Shown: one piece after another, positions 34,413 to 45,063 of the stretch
How the letters are laid out: every line of letters starts with the position of its first letter
Numbering within the stretch: the stretch's first letter is position 1
Assembly (NCBI GenBank): GCA_963798085.1
Contig: CAWCRS010000007.1
Coordinates: 1,312,001-1,376,000, forward strand
DNA from: an uncultured Gemmatimonadales bacterium
Lineage (GTDB): Bacteria > Gemmatimonadota > Gemmatimonadetes > Longimicrobiales > RSA9
Reading direction: 5' to 3'
Length of the DNA stretch: 64,000 bases
Made by a program: the position numbers and the translations under genes
Notes under the pieces: generated by a model
What the model was told of the DNA's origin: nothing
Database searches by the model: none
What the model saw: only the letters and a program-made list of their open reading frames with translations

Positions 34413-35365
34413 CGCAGGACGGTCCGGTCTCGGGCAGTGTGCTGGGTCGCGAAACGGGGACAGCGCTGACGGTCGGTACCTTCAATGGCGTGCACCGCGG
34501 GCATTGGCGCGTGCTGGAAGTGCTGCGCGCCGCGGCGGCGCGTCTGGAGATCCCGAGCGTCGTGGTGACCTTCGATCCGCACCCGCTGGCGGTGGTGCGG
34601 CCGGCAAGCGCACCACGGCTCCTCTGCACGCCGGCCGAGAAGATCGAGGTGCTGGCTGAGTCCGGCGTGACCTACCTGGTGATCCTGCGCTTCGACCGCG
34701 AGCTGGCGAACTATCCGCCGGAGCGCTTCTTCAATGAAATCCTGGTGCGTCGCTTCGGCATGCGGCACCTCGTGATCGGCCACGACCACGGGTTCGGCCG
34801 CGACCGCAGTGGTGACGTCGACACGCTGCGCCGCATGTGTGAAGCGACCGGCATCGGCGTCGAAGTGGTGAGCGCGGTGGCCGACGGCGCCTCCGCGGTT
34901 TCCTCCTCACGCATCCGCGCGGCTCTGGAGCAGGGTGACGTGCTGGCGGCGGCGCAGGGACTCGGCCGGCCCTATGGCCTGCGCGCGCGTGTGGTGCGCG
35001 GCGACGGTCGCGGACGCGGCCTCGGTTTTCCTACCGCCAACCTGCGGGCGCCCGTCGAGGCGAAGCTGCTTCCCATGCCGGGTATTTACGCGGCGCGCAC
35101 ACAACTGGACGGTCGGGCGCTGGATGGCGTCATGCATATCGGTCCGCGACCCACGTTCCCCGGCGCCTCATCCACCGTCGAGCTGCACATTTTCGATTTC
35201 GATGAACCGCTGTATGGCCGTGAGTTGGCCGTGACCTTCTGTGCCCGCCTGCGCGATGTGCAGCGCTTCGAAGACGAGGCCGCGCTGATCCAGGCGATGG
35301 CGGGCGATTGTGAGGCGGCGAGGGCGGTGCTTGCGGCGGGCGCGGGCGCTTGCGGGAAACGGTGA
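34409..35365 (+). CDS. ribF: Bifunctional riboflavin kinase/FAD synthetase
   Basis: GTF(N)GVHRGH, TFDPHP, SSSRIR, GFPTAN, ELHIFDF. Confidence 0.95.
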   Translation: MTQDGPVSGSVLGRETGTALTVGTFNGVHRGHWRVLEVLRAAAARLEIPSVVVTFDPHPLAVVRPASAPRLLCTPAEKIEVLAESGVTYLVILRFDRELANYPPERFFNEILVRRFGMRHLVIGHDHGFGRDRSGDVDTLRRMCEATGIGVEVVSAVADGASAVSSSRIRAALEQGDVLAAAQGLGRPYGLRARVVRGDGRGRGLGFPTANLRAPVEAKLLPMPGIYAARTQLDGRALDGVMHIGPRPTFPGASSTVELHIFDFDEPLYGRELAVTFCARLRDVQRFEDEAALIQAMAGDCEAARAVLAAGAGACGKR

Positions 35366-35379
35366 CAGAAGGTTAGTTT
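35350..35379 (+). promoter_or_regulatory. Putative promoter of rpsO
   Basis: TTGCGG-N18-TAGTTT. Confidence 0.4.
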
Positions 35380-35453
35380 TTTCGGCTGTAATCGGCGGTA
35401 AAAGTCTGGAGCTCAGCTTCCCGACCAGCGAAGACTCTCGAGGAGGCCGGCAC

Positions 35454-35714
35454 GTGGGATTCGACAAGAACGAGATCATCCACAAGTATCAGCTGCACGA
35501 AAACGACCGTGGCAGCGCACCCGTGCAGATCGCGCTGCTCACCGGGCGGATCAACGATCTCACCGACCATTTCCGCATGCACAAGAAGGACCATCACAGC
35601 CGGCGTGGCCTGCTGATGATGGTGGGGAAGCGGCGACGCCTCCTCGAGTACCTGAAGCGGACAGACCTGGATCGATACCGGCAACTGATTGATGAGCTCG
35701 GGCTGCGTCATTGA
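35454..35714 (+). CDS. rpsO: 30S ribosomal protein S15
   Basis: [39 protein letters not shown] upstream of the GTG start. Confidence 0.97.
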   Translation: MGFDKNEIIHKYQLHENDRGSAPVQIALLTGRINDLTDHFRMHKKDHHSRRGLLMMVGKRRRLLEYLKRTDLDRYRQLIDELGLRH

Positions 35715-35749
35715 ACGCGCTGTGTCCGATGCCGTCGACCCGGTTTCGT

Positions 35750-35790
35750 GCAGCGCCCGCTCCCCGAGGAGTGCGGCGCTGCTTTCGTTT
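35750..35790 (+). terminator. Terminator between rpsO and pnp
   Basis: GCAGCGCC..GGCGCTGC stem followed by TTTCGTTT. Confidence 0.6.
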
Positions 35791-35839
35791 ACGTCATGAA
35801 TGGCGGGCCACTGACGCGCCCGCTGCCAAGCAAGGGTGA

Positions 35840-37945
35840 GTGATGAAGAGAATCGAGCGGAGCTTTGCGGGACGGCCATTGATCCTGGAAACCGGGCGAA
35901 TGGCCAAACAGGCACAGGGTGCGTGCCTGCTGCAGTACGGCGAGACGGTGCTGCTCTGTACGGCGGTGGCGCAGGACTCACCCACGAGTCTGCCATTCTT
36001 CCCGTTGACCGTGGAATACAGGGAGCGCACCTACGCGGCAGGGAAGATTCCGGGCGGGTTCTTCAAGCGGGAGGGCCGGCCGGGCGAGCAGGAGATCCTG
36101 TCCGCCCGTCTTGTGGATCGACCCATCCGGCCGCTCTTCCCCGACGGATTCCTGCACGAGACGCAGATCATGGTGCACGTGCTCTCGGCCGACCAGGAGA
36201 ACGATGCGGACGTGCTTTCGATCGTGGGGACTTCGGTCGCGCTGTGCATGTCGCCGATTCCGTTCCACACGCCGGTTGCCGCCGTCCGCGTGGGCCGCAT
36301 CCAGGGCTCATGGATCCTGAATCCGACGTTCCAGCAGCTCGAATTCAGTGATGTCGACATCGTGGTCGCGGGAACCGAGGAAGCGATCCTGATGGTCGAG
36401 GGTGGCGCCGTGGAGATCCCGGAAGACGACATCGTGGATGCGCTGGTTGCGGCGCACGCGGGCATCCGGGAGCTGGTCGCGTTGCAGAGGGAGTTCCTCG
36501 AGGGACTGCAGCAGCCGGAAATGGCCTGGACGCCCATGGCGGAAGTGCCGGGGCTGGACGCGCGGGTGAAGACGCTGGTGGGCGCTCGCCTCGACGAGAT
36601 CATGTCGCTGGCGGGCAAGTCGGAGCGCAATACGGCGCTGGATGCGCTGCGCGATTCGGTGAAGGCCGCACTGCTGGCGGACTACCCGGACAATGAGGCG
36701 CAGATCTCCGAGCTGCTGTATCGCAGCGAGAAGAGCGCCATGCGCGAGATGATCCTGCAGCAGGGCCGGCGCGCGGATGGACGGCAGGTGGACGAAATCC
36801 GACCCATCACATGCGAAGTCAGCATCCTGCCGCGCACGCACGGGTCAGCGCTGTTCACGCGGGGTCAGACCCAGGCGCTCGGCGTCGCCACCCTGGGCAC
36901 CGCGAACGATGAGCAGCGCATCGATTCCATCGACGTGCCCAATGAGACCACGAAGTCGTTCATGCTGCATTACAACTTCCCGCCCTTCTCGACGGGTGAG
37001 GCCAAGCCGCTGCGCGGCACGTCGCGGCGCGAGCAGGGCCACGGCGCCCTGGCCGAGCGGGCCATCCAGCCCCTGCTGCCGGCGTACGATGAGTTTCCCT
37101 ACACCATTCGCGTGGTGTCGGAAGTGCTCGAGTCGAACGGCTCGTCGTCGATGGCGTCGGTGTGCGCGGCGTCGCTCTCGCTGATGGACGCGGGCGTGCC
37201 ACTGCGCGCCCCCTGCGCCGGCGTGGCCATGGGACTGATCAAGGAAGGCGATCGCGTTGCCGTGCTGACCGACATCCTGGGCATGGAAGACGCCCTCGGC
37301 GACATGGACTTCAAGGTGGCGGGCACACAACAGGGTGTTACCTCCATCCAGATGGACATCAAGATCGAGGGACTGACCGTCGAGATCATGCGCGAGGCGC
37401 TGGAGCGTGCGCGGCGGGGCCGGCTGCACATCCTCGAGCGCATGGCGGAGACGATCACCACGGCCCGGCCGCAGCTGTCGCGCTGGGCGCCGCGCATCAT
37501 CACGGTGCGCATCAACCCCGAGAAGATCGGCGAAGTGATCGGGCCCAAGGGCAAGATGATACGTGCGATCCAGGAAGAGACGGGCGCGCAGATCAACATC
37601 GACGATTCGGGCGTGGTGACCATCGCCAGCGTATCCGGCGAGGGTGGCGAGAAGGCGAAGCAGCGCATCCTCGAGATCGCGACGGAACCGGAAGTCGGGA
37701 AGGTCTACGAGGGCGTGGTGAAGTCGACGACGCAGTTTGGCGCCTTCATCGAGATCCTGCCGGGCGTGGAGGCGCTCTGCCACATCTCGGAGCTGCAACA
37801 GGGGCGCACGGAAAAAACCGAAGACGTGGTGCGCAAGGGTGATGTCGTGCGCGTCAAGCTGATCTCCATCGACGACAAGGGCCGGCTGCGGCTTTCGCGC
37901 AAGGCCGTGCTGGCCGAGGGAGCGGGCAGCGCGGAGACGGGGTGA
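35840..37945 (+). CDS. pnp: Polyribonucleotide nucleotidyltransferase
   Basis: FFPLTVEY, GKIPGGFFKRE, HGSALFTRG, ESNGSSSMAS, GDMDFKVAG, KH and S1 domains. Confidence 0.98.
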   Translation: MMKRIERSFAGRPLILETGRMAKQAQGACLLQYGETVLLCTAVAQDSPTSLPFFPLTVEYRERTYAAGKIPGGFFKREGRPGEQEILSARLVDRPIRPLFPDGFLHETQIMVHVLSADQENDADVLSIVGTSVALCMSPIPFHTPVAAVRVGRIQGSWILNPTFQQLEFSDVDIVVAGTEEAILMVEGGAVEIPEDDIVDALVAAHAGIRELVALQREFLEGLQQPEMAWTPMAEVPGLDARVKTLVGARLDEIMSLAGKSERNTALDALRDSVKAALLADYPDNEAQISELLYRSEKSAMREMILQQGRRADGRQVDEIRPITCEVSILPRTHGSALFTRGQTQALGVATLGTANDEQRIDSIDVPNETTKSFMLHYNFPPFSTGEAKPLRGTSRREQGHGALAERAIQPLLPAYDEFPYTIRVVSEVLESNGSSSMASVCAASLSLMDAGVPLRAPCAGVAMGLIKEGDRVAVLTDILGMEDALGDMDFKVAGTQQGVTSIQMDIKIEGLTVEIMREALERARRGRLHILERMAETITTARPQLSRWAPRIITVRINPEKIGEVIGPKGKMIRAIQEETGAQINIDDSGVVTIASVSGEGGEKAKQRILEIATEPEVGKVYEGVVKSTTQFGAFIEILPGVEALCHISELQQGRTEKTEDVVRKGDVVRVKLISIDDKGRLRLSRKAVLAEGAGSAETG

Positions 37946-39180
37946 CGGAGACATACCAGCGCACCGACCTGGATGGCGGGTTGGTGGTGCTGACGGAACC
38001 GATCGCCGGCGTCCGTTCCGTCACTACGGGCGTGTGGGTGCGGGCGGGTTCCGTGCACGAGCAGCGCGATGAGATGGGTGCGAGCCATCTCCTCGAGCAC
38101 ATGGTTTTCAAGGCCACGCGCCGGCGCAGCGCGCGCGAGATCGCCCTGGTGCTGGAGCGCGTGGGCGGCTCGCTCGACGCCTACACCACGCGCGAACACA
38201 CCAGTTATCAGGCGAGAGTGCTGGACGAGTTCGCCGACCTGGCGTACGAGGTGCTCGCGGACCTGGTGCTCGACCCGCTGCTCCGGCCCGAAGACCTGGA
38301 GCTGGAGCGGGAAGTGGTGCTGGAGGAGATCTCGACGGTCGAGGACACGCCGGACGATCTGATCTTCGACCTGCACGCCACGCAGCTCTGGGGCGAGCAC
38401 CCGTACGGGTTCAGTGTGCTGGGCACGCGGGACACGGTGGGGCGCATGACCGCGGAAGCGCTGCGGCGCGCGCACGAGAGCGGGTACCGCCGGCCCAATC
38501 TGGTGCTGGCCGCGGTGGGCAACGTCGAGCACGCCCGCTTCGTGGAGCGCATTAACGAGCTGTTTGCGGGAGCGCCGTTCGGCACCCGCAACGGCCACCC
38601 CGGCGTGCCCGCGGATGTCTCGCCCGCGCGAACGGCCGTAGCGCGCGACAGTGCCCAGACGCATCTGGTGCTGGGCACGCGCACGTTCGGCCACAGCGAC
38701 CGCCGGCGCTACGCGCTCGTGCTGCTGTCCAACGCGCTCGGTGGAGGCATGAGTTCCCGCCTGTTCCAGCGCGTGCGGGAGGAGCTGGGCCTGGCGTACT
38801 CGGTCTTCTCCTTCCAGTCCTTCTACGGCCAGGGCGGGTCGGTAGGTACCTATGTGGGTACGCGTCCCGAGTGGGTGGACCGGGCGCAGGACGTGATCGA
38901 GCAGGAGCTGCGCCGCCTGGCGGCGCACGGGCTGGAAGCGGAAGAACTGGCCGACGTGAAAGGTCAGGTGAAGGGGCAGCTGGCACTCTCACTCGAATCG
39001 AGCGGAGCCCGCCTGAATCGAGTCGTTGGCACCGCGCTGTTCGAGGAGCCGTTCCGGAGCATCGAGCAGGTGATTGCAGAAGTCGACGCCGTGACCCTGG
39101 ATGACATCGCCGCGCTGGCTGCGGAGTTCTATCAGCCGGAGCGCCAATCGGTGATCCGGCTGGGTCCGGCCGAAGCCTGA
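37942..39180 (+). CDS. M16 family zinc metallopeptidase
   Basis: Inverted zinc motif HLLEH; GGGMSSRLFQRVREELGLAY. Confidence 0.93.
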   Translation: MTETYQRTDLDGGLVVLTEPIAGVRSVTTGVWVRAGSVHEQRDEMGASHLLEHMVFKATRRRSAREIALVLERVGGSLDAYTTREHTSYQARVLDEFADLAYEVLADLVLDPLLRPEDLELEREVVLEEISTVEDTPDDLIFDLHATQLWGEHPYGFSVLGTRDTVGRMTAEALRRAHESGYRRPNLVLAAVGNVEHARFVERINELFAGAPFGTRNGHPGVPADVSPARTAVARDSAQTHLVLGTRTFGHSDRRRYALVLLSNALGGGMSSRLFQRVREELGLAYSVFSFQSFYGQGGSVGTYVGTRPEWVDRAQDVIEQELRRLAAHGLEAEELADVKGQVKGQLALSLESSGARLNRVVGTALFEEPFRSIEQVIAEVDAVTLDDIAALAAEFYQPERQSVIRLGPAEA

Positions 39181-39199
39181 ACCCATTCGAGCGAACCCC

Positions 39200-40313
39200 A
39201 TGAACATCGGCGTTCCCAGAGAGATCAAATCGAACGAGAACCGCGTGGCACTGGTGCCGGGCGGTGCTCGAAGCCCTGACGCAGGTGGGGCACAACGTGC
39301 TGGTGGAGCAGGGCGCCGGCATCGGCAGCGGCTTCGAGGACCAGAGCTACATCGACGCCGGCGCGCAGATCGTGCCGACGGCGGCCGACGTCTGGTCGCA
39401 GGCCGAGATGATCCTGAAGGTGAAGGAGCCCATCGAGTCCGAATGGCCGCGGCTGCGGCGTGACCAGCTGGTGTTTACCTACTTCCACTTCGCCGCCTCG
39501 GAGCCGCTGACGCGCGCCGTGATGGACTCCGGCTGCATCGCCATTGCCTACGAGACTGTACAGCTGGCCAATGGCGAGCTGCCCCTGCTGACGCCCATGA
39601 GCGAGGTGGCCGGACGCATGGCTGTACAGGAGGGCGCCAAATACCTCGAGAAGTTCTTCGGCGGACGCGGCATCCTCGTGGGTGGTGTGCCGGGCGTGGA
39701 GCCCGCCTCCGTGGTGATCCTGGGTGGTGGCATCGTGGGGTCGAACGCGGCCCGCATGGCAGCAGGTCTCGGCGCCCGTGTGGTCCTCCTCGATCTGTCG
39801 CTCAACCGGCTGCGCTACCTTGCCGACGTCATGCCCGCCAATGTCACGCTGCTCTACTCCGATCGCACCAACATCCTCGAGCAGATCAGCAAGGCCGACA
39901 TCGTCATCGGGGCCGTGCTGCTGCCGGGCGCCAAGGCGCCGCACCTCATCCGGCGGGGCGACCTGAAGCGCATGCGCCCCGGCTCCGTCATTGTGGATGT
40001 GGCTGTGGACCAGGGCGGCTGCGTGGAGACCATCCATCCCACCACGCACGACGACCCGATCTACGTCGTCGACGGCGTGATCCACTACGGTGTGGCCAAC
40101 ATGCCCGGCGCGGTGTCGCGGACATCGACACTGGCGCTGACCAACGCCACGTTCCCCTACACCATGACGCTCGCCAACAAGGGCTGGCGCAACGCGTGCC
40201 GGACCGATCGAGCGCTGGCGCTCGGCCTGAACATCATTGGCGGCAAGATCACGTATCCGGGCGTGGCCGAGGCATTCGGTCTGGAGTGCGTGGCGGTCGA
40301 AACGCTCCTCTGA
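39200..40313 (+). CDS. ald: Alanine dehydrogenase; apparent +1 frameshift near 39266
   Basis: [49 protein letters not shown]. Confidence 0.93.
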
Positions 40314-40333
40314 GCGAGCGCGGAGCGAGCGCA

Positions 40334-40783
40334 GTGGAGCCGACGCGAGTCCTGGTACAGCGGCTCGAGAACTACCCGGCGGACTGGCCGCTGCCGGCGT
40401 ACGCGACAGCCGGTTCTGCCGCGGTGGATCTGCGTAATGCCGGGCCCGCGGTAGAGCTGCCCTCGCTCGGCAGGCACCTTGTGCCGACCGGCCTCGCCAT
40501 CGCGCTGCCGGTGGACACGGAAGCGCAGATCCGGCCGCGCTCCGGGCTGGCGCTGAATCGCGGCATCAGCATCGTCAACACGCCGTGCACCATCGACAGC
40601 GACTATCGCGGCGAGATCCGCATCCCGCTGATCAATCTGGACCGCTCGCCGCAACGCATCGAACACGGCGAGCGGATCGCGCAGCTGCTGGTGGCGCGTG
40701 TCGTGCGCATCGAATGGCAGCCCGCCGACGCGCTGCCTTCGAGCGAGCGAGGCGCAGGCGGCTTCGGCAGCACGGGTCGCTGA
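40334..40783 (+). CDS. dut: dUTP diphosphatase
   Basis: GSAAVDL, RPRSGLA, IDSDYRGE, RIAQ, RGAGGFGSTG. Confidence 0.95.
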   Translation: MEPTRVLVQRLENYPADWPLPAYATAGSAAVDLRNAGPAVELPSLGRHLVPTGLAIALPVDTEAQIRPRSGLALNRGISIVNTPCTIDSDYRGEIRIPLINLDRSPQRIEHGERIAQLLVARVVRIEWQPADALPSSERGAGGFGSTGR

Positions 40784-40843
40784 GCAATTCCTGCTGCACG
40801 CAATCGGTTGTCGCGCCGACACTGTAAACTGGATTTGCGCGTG

Positions 40844-40872
40844 TTGCTGCTGCCAATGCGCGCCGTTAGTTT
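40844..40872 (+). promoter_or_regulatory. Putative promoter of mreB
   Basis: TTGCTG-N17-TAGTTT. Confidence 0.45.
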
Positions 40873-40961
40873 TCCACACGGCCGGAAGCTATGATCTCGC
40901 AGGGAGATAGGCCGGCGGCGGGTAATCGGTCGGCTCATGATGAGCCGGGCCACGGGGTGCC

Positions 40962-41999
40962 ATGGGACTGAGGGAATTTCTGGGTGCCGGATTGCTCCCG
41001 GTCAACGACATTGCGGTTGACCTCGGCACAGCGAATACACTGGTGTACGTGAAGGGCGAAGGAATCGTCCTGAACGAGCCGAGTGTGGTGGCACTGGAGC
41101 GGGGCACGGGCCGACCGAAGGGAATCGGTCTGGAAGCGAAGCGCATGCTGGGTCGCACGCCCGACAGCATCCACGCGGTGCGACCGTTGAAGGATGGCGT
41201 GATCGCCGATGTCGATCTCACCGAGATCATGCTGCGCCATTTCCTCAAACAGGTCACTAACAAGCGCATCTTCCGCATGCGTCCGCGCGTGGTGGTGGGC
41301 GTGCCGTCCGGCATCACGGAGCTGGAACGGCGGGCGGTGCGCTCGAGCGCGACCGCGGCCGGCGCCAAGGAAGTGTACATGGTGGCGGAGCCAATGGCCG
41401 CCGCCATCGGTGTGGGGCTGCCGGTGGACACGCCCACGGGCAACATGGTGATCGACATCGGCGGCGGTACGACGGAAATCGCGGTGATCGCGCTGAACGG
41501 CATCGTCGCCGACACATCCATCCGCGTGGGTGGCGACGAGATCGACCTCGCCATTGTCACGTTCCTGCGCAAGAACTACAACCTGCTGATCGGCGAGCCG
41601 ACGGCGGAGGCCATCAAGATCCAGATCGGTTCCGCGTTCAACACGGGTGATGAGCGCGAGATGGAGGTGAAGGGACGCGATCTGGTGAGCGGCATTCCCA
41701 AGACGGTGCGCGTGCACTCGCAGGAGATCCGCGAGTGCATCCAGGAGCCCATTCAGCAGATCGTGGACGCGGTGCGGCGTGCGCTGGAGATCACACCACC
41801 CGAGCTGGCATCGGACATTGTCGACCGCGGTATCGTCATGACGGGCGGCGGCGCGCTGATCCGGGGTCTGGATGCGCTGCTGATGCACGAGACCAGTCTG
41901 CCCATTCACGTGGATGAGGAGCCGCTGACCTGTGTCGTGCGGGGCGCGGGCCGCATCCTCGATGAATTCGAGCGTTTCCGCACGGTGCTGAACGCGTAG
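40962..41999 (+). CDS. mreB: Rod shape-determining protein MreB
   Basis: [35 protein letters not shown]. Confidence 0.97.
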   Translation: MGLREFLGAGLLPVNDIAVDLGTANTLVYVKGEGIVLNEPSVVALERGTGRPKGIGLEAKRMLGRTPDSIHAVRPLKDGVIADVDLTEIMLRHFLKQVTNKRIFRMRPRVVVGVPSGITELERRAVRSSATAAGAKEVYMVAEPMAAAIGVGLPVDTPTGNMVIDIGGGTTEIAVIALNGIVADTSIRVGGDEIDLAIVTFLRKNYNLLIGEPTAEAIKIQIGSAFNTGDEREMEVKGRDLVSGIPKTVRVHSQEIRECIQEPIQQIVDAVRRALEITPPELASDIVDRGIVMTGGGALIRGLDALLMHETSLPIHVDEEPLTCVVRGAGRILDEFERFRTVLNA

Positions 42000-42198
42000 T
42001 GAACCCGTGCGGATCCACCACGAGGTTCGCTGGCATGTCAGGCGAGCTGTGCTTCCGCATCGCTGTTGCGCGGCCCATGCGTCCGCCGGGTGGGCCCGCG
42101 CCTGCGCCTCCAAACATTCTGTTAGAGCAGCCGCGCCTCTGTCGCGCGTGCCCGGAGCGCCCAGGGCGTTCCCCGCGCGCACCGTCCTGGATGTCTGA

Positions 42199-43089
42199 GT
42201 GCCGGACCTGAGCGGGACCCGCAGACGGCGACGGCGCGATACCGCCCTGGCGATCAGCATTCTGCTGTTCGCTTTTTTGCTGCTGTTCGGACCCACACCG
42301 TGGAGCCGGCCGGTGCGCGAAGTGCTGCGCAGCACCGTGCTGCACCCGTTCGTGGCGGTGCGCCGCTGGGTGGCCACACGGCGCTCGGAACGCGAAAACC
42401 TGCAGGTGGTGCGGGCGCAGCGCGATTCGCTGGCGGCCGTGGCCGCGGCGCAGGCCGTGCTGGCCGAGGAGAACGGGCGGCTGCGCGCGCTGCTCGAGCT
42501 GCGCCAGCGCGCGGGCACGCGCTACCGCGCCGCGCAGATGCTGCGCCTGGGCACGGACGCAGCGGACGGCACGTTTCTCATCGATGCCGGCAGCGCGGAG
42601 GGTGTAGGCGTGGGCAGCCCCGTGTTCACGGTGGGCGGACTGGTCGGCGTTGTGCGTGAGGTGCACCGCCACAGCGCCGAAGCCATTGACTGGACCTACC
42701 CGGAATTCCGCGTGAGCGGCATGACCGCGGATGGTCAGGTGTACGGCATTGTGGCCCCGCGGCGAGGTGCGTTCCGCGAACAGGATCTGCTGGAAATGAC
42801 GGGCGCGCCGTTCCACAGTGATGTGCGACCGGGGAGTCGCATCGTCACGTCGGGACGTGGCGAAGTGTTTCCGCGGGGCATCCCGATCGGCGAGGTCGTG
42901 CAGATCGAGGACGCGGACACGGGCTGGCGCAAGAGCTATATCCTGAGGCCGGCCGTGCGGCCGGAAGCGGCCACGCAGGTGCTGGTGGGCACCGGCGAGG
43001 ATGCGGCGGACCTGTCCGAGGTCTGGGAAGTGCCACCGGCCGGCAAACAGAATGCCGCGCGGCCGGACACTGCCGGTCACGAACCCTGA
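42199..43089 (+). CDS. mreC: Rod shape-determining protein MreC
   Basis: TM segment, EENGRLRALL, GLVGVV, VTSG..FPRGIPIG. Confidence 0.92.
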   Translation: MPDLSGTRRRRRRDTALAISILLFAFLLLFGPTPWSRPVREVLRSTVLHPFVAVRRWVATRRSERENLQVVRAQRDSLAAVAAAQAVLAEENGRLRALLELRQRAGTRYRAAQMLRLGTDAADGTFLIDAGSAEGVGVGSPVFTVGGLVGVVREVHRHSAEAIDWTYPEFRVSGMTADGQVYGIVAPRRGAFREQDLLEMTGAPFHSDVRPGSRIVTSGRGEVFPRGIPIGEVVQIEDADTGWRKSYILRPAVRPEAATQVLVGTGEDAADLSEVWEVPPAGKQNAARPDTAGHEP

Positions 43090-43107
43090 GTCGCTGCGAG
43101 GCGTGAG

Positions 43108-43587
43108 TTGCGACCGGGAGCTTTCGCGGTATTCGTCGCCTGTCTCGTTGTCCTGCACTTCCTCCTGCACATCGGATTCGGACTGGGCCTGGGCGCGCCC
43201 GATTTCCTGGCCGTGGCCGTGCTGCTGGCGGCCCGGCGTACGAGCGCGACGAAAGGAGCGCTGCTGGGTCTGCTGCTTGGATTCCTGGACGATGCGCTGG
43301 GCATCAGGAATCTGGGCGCGCGCTCGCTGGCGCTGGGACTGGCCGCCGTGCTGGGTACCTGGTCGCGGCGCGTCGTCGAAGGCGATGGTCTGCTCTTCAT
43401 CTGGGCGTACCTTTTCGCGGGCAAATGGCTGAGCGACATCGCGCTGCGCATCATCGCGCCGGTGCTGGACGTGCCCGATACGCTGCTGCGGCTGATCACG
43501 GTGGCGCCCATCGCGGCGGCCTACACGGCGCTGGCGGGCGTGCTCGCTTTCCACGCCTTTCGTTCCCTGATGGGCCCTGATGCGTGA
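43108..43587 (+). CDS. mreD: Rod shape-determining protein MreD
   Basis: PDFL, GLLLGFLDD; multi-TM protein following mreC. Confidence 0.85.
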   Translation: MRPGAFAVFVACLVVLHFLLHIGFGLGLGAPDFLAVAVLLAARRTSATKGALLGLLLGFLDDALGIRNLGARSLALGLAAVLGTWSRRVVEGDGLLFIWAYLFAGKWLSDIALRIIAPVLDVPDTLLRLITVAPIAAAYTALAGVLAFHAFRSLMGPDA

Positions 43588-43656
43588 GCCTGAGAGGGCG
43601 GAACCCGGCTGCGGCGCCGGGTACATCGGTCCAGTCTTCGTGACGCGAGGTAGACG

Positions 43657-44901
43657 GTGTCCCTGATTCGACAGCTGCGTTCTGCATTCGGCGACACGCC
43701 GCTGCTGCTGCTCGTGCTCACGGTCACGCTCTTCGGTGTGGCCATGGTCTATTCGGCGGGCCAGGTGGATGTGCCCAGCCCGATCGTGGAGCGCGCCTGG
43801 CGCATGCAGCTGGTCTGGCTGGGCATCTCGCTGGTCGCGCTGTTCGTGGTCATGCGCGTGCAGCTCCGCTGGCTGGAGTGGTTCGCACCCATCGCCTACG
43901 CGGCCGGCATCGTGGCGCTGCTGCTGACACTGTTCATCGGTACGGGCTCGGGCACGGCAGCCGGCACCAAGAGCTGGATCAAGTTCGCCGGCGTGGGTGT
44001 GCAGCCGGCGCAGTTCGCGAATGTGGCGACGATTCTCATGCTGGGCCGCGTCATGGGCGGCTGGCGTGAGGCGCCCCACTCGATCGCATCACTCTGGAAG
44101 CCGGTGCTCGTCATCGCCGTGCCCATGCTGCTGGTCATGGCGCAGCCCGACCTCGGAACCGCAATGGTGTTCGGTGGCGTGATGCTGGCCACGCTCTTCT
44201 GGGCGGGTACGCCGCTCGGAATTCTGCTGCTCGTGATCAGCCCGCTGGCCGCGCTGTTCCTCTCGTTCAAGGTCAGCCTGTTCACGATCTACATGCTCGC
44301 GCTCCTCGGCTTCCTGTACCTCTACCGGCTGCGTTTTTCGGAAGCAGCGCTGGTGGTTGCGGCCAATCTGGCGGCAGGCACGGTGGCGCTGCCGCTCTGG
44401 AATCACCTTGCCGACTATCAGCGCAACCGCTTTCTCGTGTTCCTCGATCCGTACATCGATCCGCGGGGCGCCGGCTACCAGCAGATTCAATCGCGCATTG
44501 CCATCGGCAGTGGCGGTCTGCTGGGCAAGGGCTTCACCATGGGCCCGCAGAAACGCCTCGCGTTCCTGCCCGAACAGCACACGGACTTCATCTTCGCGGT
44601 GATCGGGGAGGAGCTGGGCTTCGTGGGAGCGGCGCTGGTGCTGCTGCTGTTCGGCGCGATCCTGTGGCGTCTGGCCAGGCTGGCCGAGCGCGCGCCGGAC
44701 CCCTTTGCCGGCATCGTCGTCTTCGGTATCTTCGGCGCCTGGCTAACCCACATCCTTGTCAATGTGGGCATGACCCTGGGCGTCATGCCCATCACCGGCA
44801 TCCCCCTGCCTTTCCTGAGCTACGGGGGATCGTTCCTCCTGGCGACGTACCTGGCGCTCGGCATCGCGGAACGGGTGGCATCAGAGCAAGGCAGGATCTA
44901 G
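43657..44901 (+). CDS. rodA: SEDS protein RodA
   Basis: VYSA, SWI, QPDLGT, GYQQIQSRIAIGSGG, LPEQHTDFIF, GIPLPFLSYGGS. Confidence 0.93.
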   Translation: MSLIRQLRSAFGDTPLLLLVLTVTLFGVAMVYSAGQVDVPSPIVERAWRMQLVWLGISLVALFVVMRVQLRWLEWFAPIAYAAGIVALLLTLFIGTGSGTAAGTKSWIKFAGVGVQPAQFANVATILMLGRVMGGWREAPHSIASLWKPVLVIAVPMLLVMAQPDLGTAMVFGGVMLATLFWAGTPLGILLLVISPLAALFLSFKVSLFTIYMLALLGFLYLYRLRFSEAALVVAANLAAGTVALPLWNHLADYQRNRFLVFLDPYIDPRGAGYQQIQSRIAIGSGGLLGKGFTMGPQKRLAFLPEQHTDFIFAVIGEELGFVGAALVLLLFGAILWRLARLAERAPDPFAGIVVFGIFGAWLTHILVNVGMTLGVMPITGIPLPFLSYGGSFLLATYLALGIAERVASEQGRI

Positions 44902-44907
44902 GCGTTG

Positions 44908-45020
44908 GAAATGCGTTGCTGGCGACTCGTTGCCGGGGCTGGTTGCCGGGGAACGGATCGGGACGGCATTTCCGAGGCTGGGGCTCGGGCTGGGGCTGGG
45001 TAACGGATCGAACGGATAAC
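44908..45020. repeat. Copy of the GGGCTGGG/AACGGAT repeat family (direct-arm type)
   Basis: GAAATGCGTTGCT is identical to 17681-17693. GGGGCTGGTTGCCGGGGAACGGAT nearly matches 3373-3395. AACGGAT occurs three times. Confidence 0.75.
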
Positions 45021-45063
45021 AGCGGGTCAGGGTGCGCTGGTAAAAGGGTGAGGTGGCGCGGGC

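Noticed and set aside
42000..42198. Possible sRNA or small ORF between mreB and mreC
   Set aside because: No recognisable RNA family or coding signal; only the short palindrome is noted.
41836..44079. 747-aa minus-strand ORF that could be mistaken for the missing PBP2
   Set aside because: Antisense to mreC/mreD/rodA; no recognisable transpeptidase domain.
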